From Planctomycetota bacterium (lineage in GTDB: Bacteria > Planctomycetota > Planctomycetia > Pirellulales > UBA7805): a DNA stretch of 64,000 bases. Shown here piece after piece: positions 30,686 through 40,189 of this stretch; position 1 is the stretch's first letter; each line of letters starts with the position of its first letter. The position numbers and the translations under genes were made by a program. The stretch lies in the NCBI GenBank assembly GCA_003389215.1, contig QQVP01000134.1, forward strand, positions 9,850 to 73,849, read 5' to 3'. The notes under the pieces were generated by a model. That model ran no database searches and had not been told where the DNA came from. It was given only the letters and a program-made list of their open reading frames with translations.

Positions 30686-31042
30686 TTGATGATTCAGCGT
30701 CGTAAACCAAGCCGGTCCAAAGAAAAGCCGAAGCAAGCGCTGACCAAGAGTCAGTTGCCGCGTCGAGCTCCGGCGGTGATCGCGCTGATGGAGATGGGCG
30801 TCAACGACTACGGCGAAATCGCCTATGCCACGGGTCTGACCGTGGCCGACGTCAAGGAAATTGATGCCGCCGAAGATCGCAAGATCCGCCGCCTGGCGAC
30901 GCAGGGCACTCCGGCCGGAACCTATTTGCCGCTGAACAAGCCGGTTCGCTGCCCGACCTGCAACGGCATGGTCACCATGGCCCCCTGTGTGGCCTGCGAC
31001 CGCCGCTGGGACGAGACTTCCGTGGAAGCCCCCGTCAATTAG
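30686..31042 (+). CDS. small protein with sigma70-region-4-like HTH and C-terminal CxxC...CxxC zinc ribbon
   Basis: LPRRAPAVIALMEMGVNDYGEIAYATGLTVADVKEI resembles the sigma region 4 HTH; C-terminus is CPTCNG...CVACD. Confidence 0.5.
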   Translation: MMIQRRKPSRSKEKPKQALTKSQLPRRAPAVIALMEMGVNDYGEIAYATGLTVADVKEIDAAEDRKIRRLATQGTPAGTYLPLNKPVRCPTCNGMVTMAPCVACDRRWDETSVEAPVN

Positions 31043-31093
31043 GCAAGCCCGCCGATCAGACAGGTCCTTCAACTGGGCAAGCCCGCCGATCAG
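31042..31093. repeat. 18-nt direct repeat GGCAAGCCCGCCGATCAG x2 (34-nt period, with a degenerate third unit) between convergent genes
   Basis: Exact copies at 31042-31059 and 31076-31093. Confidence 0.5.
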
Positions 31094-31133
31094 GCATGCC
31101 CGTCCGTGAACTGGCCTGGGGACCACCGGGGCA

Positions 31134-32867
31134 TTACCGCGGCTTCTCGCTCTTCGCGTCGCCTGGCTTGTCGTCGCCCTGGCCACCCGTGGGACTTTCT
31201 CCCGGCACCCGAGTCGGCGTCGTCGCCGTGGCGGCCTGGCCGTCGGCGGCATGTGAGTTGCCACCGCTCGGCGCCTCCTGATCGCCGTAGTTGATCACCG
31301 ACTCCGGCAACTCGATACCCCCGATGTCCTTGAGCACCTGGAACATCGGAGGCAGCGTGCGGGTCATGCCGTGCAGGAAGTCGGCGGTTGCGGTGCGTCC
31401 ATTGCTGCCACCGTTCTCCCACACCACGACCTTGTCGAACTTGATGTTCGAGATCGCCTCGGCCGACGCCTCGGCCAGGTTGTCGAGATGTTCAAGCATC
31501 AACAGCTGGAACGCTTCCTTCGAACCGCCGCAGGCTTCGACGATCGAGCGCAGGCCTTCACCCTTCTTGGCGAGGATTTCGTACTGGCCGCGGGCTTCGG
31601 CGTCGAGCCGGGCAAAGATCGCCGCGGCGTCCGCCTCCGCTTCGATCCGCACCTTGGCCGCTGCCGCCTGGGCGTCGACCTCGACGCGGGCCTTGTCGGC
31701 CTTCGCCGGAGCTTCCAACGCGGCGCGGCGTTCCTGCTCGACACGCTCCGCCTCGGCGATGGCCGCCTTGGCCATGGCCAGGTTTTGCACTTCGAGCACC
31801 TTGGCCTCGGCCTCGCGTTTGCGGGTCTCGCCGAGCTCGTAGGCCTGGGCCCGCTCGACAACCAGTTTGGCGTTCGAGGCCGCCACGGCCGCCTGGGCCG
31901 TGTTTTCGCCGTCGATGGCACGGGCATCGGCATCGGCCACCGAGACACGCATTGCCTGCTCGGCGTTCTTGATTTCCGTGTCGCGGAGGAAGGCGGCCTC
32001 CTGCTCGCCGACCGCCTGTTCCTTGGCCAGGTCGGCGACGCGGACCGCCTGTTCCTTTTCGGCCAGCCGCGTTCCGATCGACCGCGTGCGATTGGCGTTG
32101 GCCACCTCGATGTCCTTTTCGCGGTTGGCTTCGGCGACGCGGATCTCGCCCATCTTTTCGTTGTCGGCCACGTCCCCGCGGGCCTTCTGGATCGCCTCGG
32201 AGGCCGCCTTCTGGCCGATCGCGTCGATGTAGCCCGACTCGTCCGTGATGTCGGTGATATTGACGTTGATCAGCACCATGCCGACCTTGGCGAGCTCCGG
32301 TTCGAGCGACTCCTGAATGTGCGAGAGGAACTTGTCGCGATCGCGGTTGATGTCTTCGATCCGCATCGAGGCGATCACCTGCCGCAACTGACCGAAGATG
32401 ATTTCCTCGGCCTGCTGGCGGATGTCGTGCGTCGAGAGGCCCAGCAGACGAATCGCCGCCTGTTGCATGATCTCGGGCGCCGTGCCGATGGCCACGGTGA
32501 ACACGCTCGGCACGTTCACACGAATGTTCTCGATCGAAAGGGCACCCCGTAGGGGAATTTCGATCTGGATCGGCTCCAGGCTCAGATAGGCATAGTCCTG
32601 AATCAGTGGCACCACCAGCTTCGCCCCACCGTGAATGGCGCGGGCCGGCGTGCCGCGACCGGTCTTACCGTAGATGACCAAGACGCGGTTACTGGGGCAG
32701 CGCTTGTACTGGCGCTTGATGAGAATGACGGTGCTGAACAGCACGACCGGAATCAGCAGCACCAGGGCGACGATGGCGATCGTCGTGCTGTCGAGGTTGG
32801 CTAGACCTTCGACCTGTCCCAGCGACAGAAGGGAGAGTTGCTGACTCGTCAGAGCGGAAATGTCCAT
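31134..32867 (-). CDS. flotillin-like SPFH/band-7 protein (YqiK/FloT-like)
   Basis: N-terminal TM segment, SPFH domain, then a long Ala/Glu-rich coiled coil (EAEAKVLEVQNLAMAKAAIAEAERVEQERRAALEAPAKADKARVE). Confidence 0.85.
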   Translation of the reverse strand: MDISALTSQQLSLLSLGQVEGLANLDSTTIAIVALVLLIPVVLFSTVILIKRQYKRCPSNRVLVIYGKTGRGTPARAIHGGAKLVVPLIQDYAYLSLEPIQIEIPLRGALSIENIRVNVPSVFTVAIGTAPEIMQQAAIRLLGLSTHDIRQQAEEIIFGQLRQVIASMRIEDINRDRDKFLSHIQESLEPELAKVGMVLINVNITDITDESGYIDAIGQKAASEAIQKARGDVADNEKMGEIRVAEANREKDIEVANANRTRSIGTRLAEKEQAVRVADLAKEQAVGEQEAAFLRDTEIKNAEQAMRVSVADADARAIDGENTAQAAVAASNAKLVVERAQAYELGETRKREAEAKVLEVQNLAMAKAAIAEAERVEQERRAALEAPAKADKARVEVDAQAAAAKVRIEAEADAAAIFARLDAEARGQYEILAKKGEGLRSIVEACGGSKEAFQLLMLEHLDNLAEASAEAISNIKFDKVVVWENGGSNGRTATADFLHGMTRTLPPMFQVLKDIGGIELPESVINYGDQEAPSGGNSHAADGQAATATTPTRVPGESPTGGQGDDKPGDAKSEKPR

Positions 32868-32945
32868 ACCTTGATACCCCCCCGTATAAGTTGAGCCGCA
32901 AACCGGGCGGCCTGTTGATCGATCCGCACGCGAAACGGAAACGCG

Positions 32946-33611
32946 TTAAGACGTCTGCTCACCGACCGAAGTCGATTCAGCCAGCGAATCGCTCGACGGC
33001 GATCCTTGCCCTTCGACGACCGGCGCCACCAGCACCGTGCGAGGGCCGATCACCTCGACCACCTCGATGTGGGTGCCGGTCGGCAGCCTCTCATCGTAGT
33101 CGGAAAGGGCCGTGATTTCCTCCAGGCGACCCTGCAGGACCAGCGAGACCTTGCCGGTGCCGCCGCTCTTGGCCGGGATCGGGACGAGCACGTTGCCGCG
33201 CGTTCCGGCCGCCTGGGCGATTCGCACCGTCCCGTCATCCTGAAGGCGGTGCAGGCCGCGCATCAGAAAGAACATGCCGTAGATGCCGGCCAGGCCCGCC
33301 ACGCTGGCGAGCGCGATCGACACCAGGGGCGTCTGCTCGGAAGTGTCGGCGATGTAGCCGACCAGGCCGAAGACGGTGATTCCGGTGACCAGGGTCTGCA
33401 GCGAGAGCACCTCGAACAGGTGGCTGGCGTGGCTCGAAGTTTCCACGTCGACATCGACGTCCAGGTCACCGCCGCCGACGTCCACGTCTCCGCCAAGATC
33501 GCCGTCGAAGGCACCGCCGTCGTCGCCCATGCCCATCAGGGTCAGGGCGAATTGCGAGATCATGACAATCCCGCCAATGACCGCGCAGAACAGAAAGACG
33601 CTCGTGAGCAT
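32946..33611 (-). CDS. NfeD-like membrane protein (YqiJ-type partner of flotillin)
   Basis: Multi-TM N-terminal region with acidic Gly/Asp loop, plus a C-terminal beta-barrel-like soluble domain. Lies directly downstream of the flotillin gene. Confidence 0.7.
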   Translation of the reverse strand: MLTSVFLFCAVIGGIVMISQFALTLMGMGDDGGAFDGDLGGDVDVGGGDLDVDVDVETSSHASHLFEVLSLQTLVTGITVFGLVGYIADTSEQTPLVSIALASVAGLAGIYGMFFLMRGLHRLQDDGTVRIAQAAGTRGNVLVPIPAKSGGTGKVSLVLQGRLEEITALSDYDERLPTGTHIEVVEVIGPRTVLVAPVVEGQGSPSSDSLAESTSVGEQTS

Positions 33612-34012
33612 CGTGCACCCCCAATTCTTGTCAGCGTGACCGTCGCTCGAAGCGAGCGCGCCTGCCCGCGGTCCGACGAACGCGGACCCGGGGGCAAGCC
33701 GAGAGGACGACGGCCAGATAGCTATTCGCCGGCGCTTGGCAAATATTGGCCCAAAAATCTTCGTCCCTGCCGGCCAAACCGACCTTCATGATCGGGCATG
33801 CGACGGCAAGTGTCAAATTGGCCCTGGGGGTGGCGCCGCACAAGCGTGCTGGCAAATGCTTCACAGCACATCGCTTCGGCGTCACAGGGCCGGACGACCG
33901 ACCGCGTCCCGCGGTTTCCCCAGCGGTGGCTCGTCCGCGGGCAACCCCTTGTGGCAGGTGATCAGGCTGGGCCCGGCCACGCGGCGAGCGACAGGTGATC
34001 GATTGGCCGTGA

Positions 34013-35692
34013 TCATTCCGCACAGAGCGGGTAGACCAGGCTCGGGTGCCGCATGGAACGCAGACCCGTCAAGAGTCGCTCCACCTGCGGCTGCATTCCC
34101 GGCTTGGCCTGGACGACCAGCACGCGGAGATGTCCGGTGACGAGCGAGTCGAGTCGCGAGCTGCCGCCGGCTTGTTCCCAGGCATCCCGCTCCAACGTCA
34201 CCAGGATGACATCGATGAGCGGTTCGTAGTCGATCGCCAGGACGCCGTTCGCGAACTGACACGTGGCTCCCAGATTGACGACGTCATAGAGGTGGGTGAC
34301 GAGATGCTCCGTCGCTTCCGTCGTCTCTCTCGTCGTGATTGTGATGACCCCGTTGTGAAACATCCATCCCAGCTCGGGGTCCGTCTCGCGGAGGACGTGA
34401 TAGATTACGGCCGCGGCCGACATTTCACCGCGGAAGTGAGTCGGTACAGGCGACTCGGGTGCCAGTCCCAGTTCCTCGGTGAGGGACCCGTCGATTAGCA
34501 CGGAAAAGCCCAGGAGTTTCGTCATCGCCTTCGCGAAACCCGCGAGCGTTTCCTCGTCGTCGAAATGCTCGTCACGGATACGGCGTTGGAGACGGCGTCG
34601 CAGCACTGCGTCGAGGGAGTCTTCGCCCAGGACGGCTTTCGGCTTCGCCGAGAGCGGGGACGGCGGTGCGCTCCGTCGTGCTGCTGGATCGGCCCGGTTC
34701 GCGACGTCGGCATCTGGCGAAGGCCCCGCACTTTGGTCATCTGCGTCTGCCGCTTCGACCTCCGCTGGTCGCAGACTTGGCGCTCCGTCCTGGTTATCGC
34801 TCGTCACACAGCGCGCCAGGGGAATGTTCCGGTGCTGCATCTGTCGCAACTGCGCAAGCAGGGCCGCGATTCGTTCGTGGTTGGTCGGCGTCGTCGCGAT
34901 CACGAAACTGCGGATGCCGCTGAATTCCACGGCGGTTATCCTGGCAGGTCCGCCTGCGACCTCCCAGGAGACGGGTTCGATGAGCGTCATGATCGTCTCG
35001 GCCAGAACGTCAAGCTCGAAGTGATAAGCTCCGTCCGGCCGCAGGCAAGTTGCCGCCAGATCGACAACGTCGTAGATCTTCACCACCCTCGCGCGACGCA
35101 CGAAGTCGGAGATGCCGGTCGTGATCACGATCGCCTCATGGTCAATCGTCCAGGCCATATCGTCGTCGATCTGGTTGACCAGACGGGTCAGCACCTGTTG
35201 TCCGGTCAGTTTGGCGTGCTCGCCCGTCGGCAACCCGATCGGAGTATCCGTACGGACTTCCAGTTCTTTGAGGTCGTCGTACGCGAGAAAGATCGGGATG
35301 TCGAGTCGTGATGCGATCTGGTCGATGCCCTCGCCGAGCGTTGTCTCGGCGTCCAGGTCGCTTAAGTCGAGCGGCTGGCCCAAGGCTTTGAGTAGGTCCG
35401 CATGACTCTCGTCATTGGCGGACCAGATCGTCACCGTGGGCTTCGGTTCTGGTAACGCCGGTGCGGCGACGGTTGCCCCTGCGGGTGTCCCAGCACCGCC
35501 TTGCCTCTCCGCAGTGCCCGTCGCTTCGTGCTCCTCCGCCGACACCGACAAAAGACATGCCCCAACGACCACAACTGTGCCAATAGCGAAAACCCCAAAG
35601 CGATGTCTCACAGTTTGCCTCCCATCCACGATCGAAACGGCTCGTCGCGAAGATATCCTAGTCCACCCGTCGTGAGAACGCACGCGCGCCAT
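34013..35692 (-). CDS. secreted hypothetical protein with tandem copies of a ~130-aa conserved domain
   Basis: Repeats of IYDVVDLAATC...WE.AGG...HERIAALLAQLRQMQH-like units; paralogous to the adjacent 35743-36732 product. Start MARVRSHDGW... or the GTG giving MRHRFGVFAIGTVVVVGACLL. Confidence 0.5.
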   Translation of the reverse strand: MARVRSHDGWTRISSRRAVSIVDGRQTVRHRFGVFAIGTVVVVGACLLSVSAEEHEATGTAERQGGAGTPAGATVAAPALPEPKPTVTIWSANDESHADLLKALGQPLDLSDLDAETTLGEGIDQIASRLDIPIFLAYDDLKELEVRTDTPIGLPTGEHAKLTGQQVLTRLVNQIDDDMAWTIDHEAIVITTGISDFVRRARVVKIYDVVDLAATCLRPDGAYHFELDVLAETIMTLIEPVSWEVAGGPARITAVEFSGIRSFVIATTPTNHERIAALLAQLRQMQHRNIPLARCVTSDNQDGAPSLRPAEVEAADADDQSAGPSPDADVANRADPAARRSAPPSPLSAKPKAVLGEDSLDAVLRRRLQRRIRDEHFDDEETLAGFAKAMTKLLGFSVLIDGSLTEELGLAPESPVPTHFRGEMSAAAVIYHVLRETDPELGWMFHNGVITITTRETTEATEHLVTHLYDVVNLGATCQFANGVLAIDYEPLIDVILVTLERDAWEQAGGSSRLDSLVTGHLRVLVVQAKPGMQPQVERLLTGLRSMRHPSLVYPLCAE

Positions 35693-35742
35693 CGTCAGAA
35701 ACCAAGCACCCCGTCGGGAAAGTTGCCGAACGTGCTTCGCGG

Positions 35743-36732
35743 TTAGGCAGCGGCCCCATCGTAGCTCGCCGAACCGGAAAAGTACGGGGCATATCCGCAC
35801 GCATGGCCGCAGCCGGGAATCCCCGATTTCTTGTGCCGCATCGCCCGCAGGCCGGCCAGCAGGCCCGCGATCCGCTCGTGCGTCTGCCAGGTGTTGCCCA
35901 CCACCAGCGCCCGGGTGCCCGACAGCTCGAGCTCGCTCACCCGTCCGGAGCCACCTGTATCTTCCCACGAGTCGGGCTGAATCGTGTGGGTGATCAGATC
36001 GATGAGTGTGTCGACGTCGGTGTCGACGGTACCGTCTTCGCGAACACAAAATGCGGCCAGGTCGACCACGTCATACACCTTGATCACCTGGTTATCCAAA
36101 TCTTCCGCGACTTCCCGGGTAGTGACCCACAGCACTTCGTGGCGGACCATCCAGGTCAGTTCTGGATCCAACGTCTTCAGCACGATCTCCAGGAACGACC
36201 GGGCGGACACGCCCTGGGGAAGAGCCTCGAGTTCGACCGGCACCTCGGGTTCGATGCCGAGCTCTTCCAAGGCCCCGAGATCCAGGCGCAAGGGGGCGGT
36301 CGTTTGTTCGGCCAGCAGGTTCACCAGGCCCTCGAGCGTCAGCCCCGCGTTCGCGTCTTCCCCCTCCTCCTCGTCGCTCACTCGCTCAGAAGTTTCCGCC
36401 GTGTTGATCTCCCCGGTGTCGATCTCCGCCGTCTTGATCTCCCCGGTGTCGATCTTAGCATCGAGCAGGGCCACGACATCCTCAATCGTCGTTAGCGCGC
36501 GCGGCCAGACGGTGGCCGTGTCGTGGGGCTCCGGAAGATCAACGGACTGTCGTTCGGCGGCGTCGGCAGCCGTCGCCTCCGAGTCTTGCGCATCGGTCGC
36601 GGGAGCCTCGGCGGATTGCTCGTCGTCGGCCATCGCAGCCGCCAGGCCGATCAGTGCCAGAGAGCCCGTGGTCAACAGCACGAAGAGCTGGGTGCGGCCA
36701 TGCATACGGTACCTCTTTGCCAGAAAAGCCAA
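35743..36732 (-). CDS. secreted hypothetical protein, single-domain paralog of 34013-35692
   Basis: Signal peptide QLFVLLTTGSLALIGLAAAMA, acidic linker, then VYDVVDLAAFCVREDG...SWEDTGGSGRV...HERIAGLLAGLRAMRH and a Cys/Gly-rich tail. Confidence 0.5.
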   Translation of the reverse strand: MAFLAKRYRMHGRTQLFVLLTTGSLALIGLAAAMADDEQSAEAPATDAQDSEATAADAAERQSVDLPEPHDTATVWPRALTTIEDVVALLDAKIDTGEIKTAEIDTGEINTAETSERVSDEEEGEDANAGLTLEGLVNLLAEQTTAPLRLDLGALEELGIEPEVPVELEALPQGVSARSFLEIVLKTLDPELTWMVRHEVLWVTTREVAEDLDNQVIKVYDVVDLAAFCVREDGTVDTDVDTLIDLITHTIQPDSWEDTGGSGRVSELELSGTRALVVGNTWQTHERIAGLLAGLRAMRHKKSGIPGCGHACGYAPYFSGSASYDGAAA

Positions 36733-36782
36733 CGTGGAGAGCCAAGCCTACGGAGTTTCAGAATATCACGACCAGCACTTCG

Positions 36783-39700
36783 TCACGAAGGTTGCGGATT
36801 ATTCCGCGGCGCCGGCAACACCGTCGCCACGAGTATCGCCCCGCCGAAGCAGACGACCGCGCCGATGCCCGCATACGTCAGTCCGGCCAGCGGCGTGGCG
36901 AACTTCACATACGTCAACGTTGCCAGGCTGGCCACGATGCCGCACCAGGCATGGGTCGCCGTGGGCCGCTTTGTAAACACGCCGAGCAGGAACAGGCCGG
37001 CTAGCGTGCCGCCCAAGAGACCCACCAACGCCAAGAACAGATCCCATAGATACAGGACCTCGAGCGTCGCCATCATCATGGCGGTGGCCGTGCCCAGCAG
37101 GCCGAGAATGAGGGTCAGACCCCGAGCAATGCGAAGTCGCGCGGTGTCGCTTCGCGACGGGCCAAGGCGGACGACGAAATCGGTCGTCACCGCCGTGGCA
37201 ATCGAGTGCATGCTCGAATCGAGACTCGACATGGCCGCTGCGAACACACCGGCAATGACCAGGCCCGCCAGCCCGACCGGCATTTCGCTGGCGATGAACC
37301 AAGGGAAGATCTGATCGGCCTGGGCCAGCGTCGCCAGTTCCGCCGGCCGCTGCTGATAGAACACGAATAGCGCGGTGCCAACCAGGAAGAACAACGCCGC
37401 CGCCGGCACCGAGAGTAAGGCATTCGTCCACACCGCCCGCGCGGCCCGACGTTCGTCGCGGGTGGAGAGGTAACGCTGCACGACCGCCTGGTCGGTGGTG
37501 TACTGCACCAGGTTCGTGAACAGGGCCCCGACGATCAACACGCCGATCGCGTCGCCGGTCCAGTCCCACTGCCAATCGGCCAGGCGAAACTTGTCCTGTT
37601 CGGCGGCCGCCGAGATCACGCGGCCCAGCCCCCCGTCGGTGTCGAAGGCCACAATGGCCAGCGCCGCCAGGGCACCGCCTAGCAGCACGAACACCTGTAG
37701 CACGTCGGTCCAAATCACCGCCTCGATGCCGCCAAGCACCGTGTAGAGCGTGCTCAGCAGGCCCATCACGGCGATGCACAGGAACACGTTCAGGCCTGTC
37801 ACTGCGGAGAGGGCCAGGGCCGGCAGCAACACCACGATGCCCATGCGACCGAGTTGAAAGGCGATGAACGACGCGCTGCCGAACAGCCGCACGCTGAGGC
37901 CGAATCGCCGCTCCAGCACTTCATAGGCGGACGTGACCTCGCGGGCGCGAAACCAGGGCAGGTAGACATAAACGACCAGCGGGGCCACCGCCAGGATGCC
38001 GAGCGAGATGAGAAAGTACTGCCAGTTCGTGCCGAAGCTGCGGGCGGGAATCGCCAGATAGGTGATGGCGCTGAGCTGCGTGGCAAACACCGACAGGCCG
38101 GCGGCCCACCACGGCACGCGTCGCCCGCCGAGAAAGAAGTCGTCCGTCGTCTTCTCGCGCATTGCAAAGTAGCCGCCAATGCCGACCAGCACCAGCAGGT
38201 ACGCGGCGAGGACAAGCCAGTTCGTCGCACCGAAGGCTTCCGCCATGGGAGCGTGGAACTTGGCCACCCACACTTGTGGCGAGCGGACGCCGGGCCGCGC
38301 CTCGCCGCTGACGACGGCGGTTGCCCCCTCGAGCGAAACTGTCGGCGCGGTAACCCGCGAAGCCCCTGTGGGCACCTCGCCCCGCCTGCTCCACCGATCG
38401 GTGGTGGGATGGTAGGCCAGTAACTCCCGCGTAAAGCCGGGGTGGGTGGCGAGCTGGTCGGGTTCCGCGGGCTCGGTTGCCCCGCCGGCAATCACAAGGT
38501 GCGCGTGCCCCAGTGCAAAGGCCGGGGACGGTGCCGCAGCAGCCGGGCGAGGCAGGTCGGCAAGCGGCCGCCACGCGCCGGTCTGGTCTTCTGGGACAGG
38601 CGTATAGCAGTAGGCATCGCGCAGGTAGGGCACGACCCGCTGGGGCTTGCCGTCCGCACCGGTCTTCAATTGCACACCGCTGAACAAGTAGAAGCGGCCC
38701 TCGTGCGCCGCCGCCACCGCCTGCATCCGCGCGGGTCCCGGCCAGGTCGGCAGCACTTGCCAACTTTGCTCGGCCGCCGGTGCAGACAGGTTGAGGGCCC
38801 AGAACGAATTGGCGGCTTCGGTGCCCGCCGGGTCCACCAGGCCGCCCGCCAGGTAGACGACGTCACCCACCAGGGCTCCGCACATCTGCGTCCGCGCCTC
38901 CGGCAGCGGCGGAAGCTCCGACCGCTCGAGTCGGCTCCCGTTCCACGTCAGGGCAAACACCTCTGTCCTGGCCCGCTGGCCGTCCTCTCCGCCAACACAG
39001 ATGACGCGGCCGCGGTGCGTGACGCTTACACCATAGGCCAACGGGTGCGGCAGCCGCGCGTCGGCCAGCTGCCAACTCTCGCGGCGTTGGTCGAACACGA
39101 AGATCGTGTCGTACCACCGCTTCTCACCGCCATCCCAGGGACGTGCCGCGGGGAAGTTGGCCCCGCCCGCGGCAATCACGGCGTCACCACTGACACCGGC
39201 AAACATGCCGGCGAACCCCTCGTCGTCCGGCAACGGAGGCAGCTCCCGCCAGGCGAGCGAATTGCCGGACCCGCGTGGCGTCTTCGTCGCCTGTGCTTGT
39301 TCCGGCTGTGCCTGCTGCGTGAGCCGCTTGAGACGCAACTCGCGAAACTCGACGACCGTGTCCTTCTCGTGCAGCTGCAGTCCGATTGCCCCTTCGCGAA
39401 ACCACCTGGGCATCCGGTCGACGAACTCGGACGAGAGCTTGTCGTTGATCAGCAGCTGCAGGTGATTGCCGCGCGCCACCACGTGAACCTGATTCCAGTC
39501 CCGCGGGCGAATATCGGCCTTGGTCACCGCCTCGGCGATCTCGTCTCGCTCCAGCGTGCCATCGGCCTCGATCACCAGCCGCGTGCCCCGCAGACAGGCC
39601 GGCTCCTCACGCTCGGCGAAGTGAAAGTCCCAGGCCCCCAAGATGTGCGGCCCGATGCCCACGTGCCCCAAGTCGGCGTGATAGCCCTCGAACGCCCGTT

Positions 39701-40073
39701 TGCCGCTTTCGTCGGGGCGGGCTCGTAGCTCGACACCCGTGTTGCCCTCGGTGCGCAGCCGGTACTCGAACTTCAGCTCGAAGTCGGCGAGATTCTCGTC
39801 GTCGTAGACCAGATAGGCCTGGCGGTGCTGGCTGCCGCAACCCACGATCGCGCCGTCCGCGACCGACCAATCGCCGGCGGTCTCCGCAGGCACGGCGTGC
39901 CAGCCGTCGAGGGTGCGGCCATTGAAGATCGCCTCGAATTGTCCGGCATTCGCGTCCGGTGAATCGGCGGCTGCCGCCGCGGCGACGAAGAAGCCGACGA
40001 CAGCGCCGCTCAGCAGCAAGGAGCCCAGCAGCAAAGAGCGGCGCCGTTGCCAGCGAAGAAGAGCGACACCCAT
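36783..40073 (-). CDS. tri-domain fusion: DUF1080 (3-keto-disaccharide hydrolase-like), Kelch/NanM-like mutarotase beta-propeller, sodium:solute symporter (SSS family)
   Basis: Start at MGVALLRWQRRRSLLLGSLLL. FNGRTLDGWHAVPAE...DFELKFEYRL (DUF1080); repeated Kelch-like blades; about 13 C-terminal TM helices with SSS-family character. Confidence 0.75.
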   Translation of the reverse strand: MGVALLRWQRRRSLLLGSLLLSGAVVGFFVAAAAAADSPDANAGQFEAIFNGRTLDGWHAVPAETAGDWSVADGAIVGCGSQHRQAYLVYDDENLADFELKFEYRLRTEGNTGVELRARPDESGKRAFEGYHADLGHVGIGPHILGAWDFHFAEREEPACLRGTRLVIEADGTLERDEIAEAVTKADIRPRDWNQVHVVARGNHLQLLINDKLSSEFVDRMPRWFREGAIGLQLHEKDTVVEFRELRLKRLTQQAQPEQAQATKTPRGSGNSLAWRELPPLPDDEGFAGMFAGVSGDAVIAAGGANFPAARPWDGGEKRWYDTIFVFDQRRESWQLADARLPHPLAYGVSVTHRGRVICVGGEDGQRARTEVFALTWNGSRLERSELPPLPEARTQMCGALVGDVVYLAGGLVDPAGTEAANSFWALNLSAPAAEQSWQVLPTWPGPARMQAVAAAHEGRFYLFSGVQLKTGADGKPQRVVPYLRDAYCYTPVPEDQTGAWRPLADLPRPAAAAPSPAFALGHAHLVIAGGATEPAEPDQLATHPGFTRELLAYHPTTDRWSRRGEVPTGASRVTAPTVSLEGATAVVSGEARPGVRSPQVWVAKFHAPMAEAFGATNWLVLAAYLLVLVGIGGYFAMREKTTDDFFLGGRRVPWWAAGLSVFATQLSAITYLAIPARSFGTNWQYFLISLGILAVAPLVVYVYLPWFRAREVTSAYEVLERRFGLSVRLFGSASFIAFQLGRMGIVVLLPALALSAVTGLNVFLCIAVMGLLSTLYTVLGGIEAVIWTDVLQVFVLLGGALAALAIVAFDTDGGLGRVISAAAEQDKFRLADWQWDWTGDAIGVLIVGALFTNLVQYTTDQAVVQRYLSTRDERRAARAVWTNALLSVPAAALFFLVGTALFVFYQQRPAELATLAQADQIFPWFIASEMPVGLAGLVIAGVFAAAMSSLDSSMHSIATAVTTDFVVRLGPSRSDTARLRIARGLTLILGLLGTATAMMMATLEVLYLWDLFLALVGLLGGTLAGLFLLGVFTKRPTATHAWCGIVASLATLTYVKFATPLAGLTYAGIGAVVCFGGAILVATVLPAPRNNPQPS

Positions 40074-40189
40074 CGAAGCAGGCTCGTCAGTTGCGATTCC
40101 AGAGGGCCGAGTATGGCCCCATGGTACGCCATCGAGCCGAGCGATCCCACGTGCGTCGAAGATCGGCTCTCCCGCAGTGAGAACCGCGT

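Noticed and set aside
35984-36976. 330-aa Ser/Thr-rich plus-strand ORF
   Set aside because: Antisense to the paralogous secreted-protein gene; composition (poly-Ser/Thr/Ala) is typical of GC-rich reverse frames.
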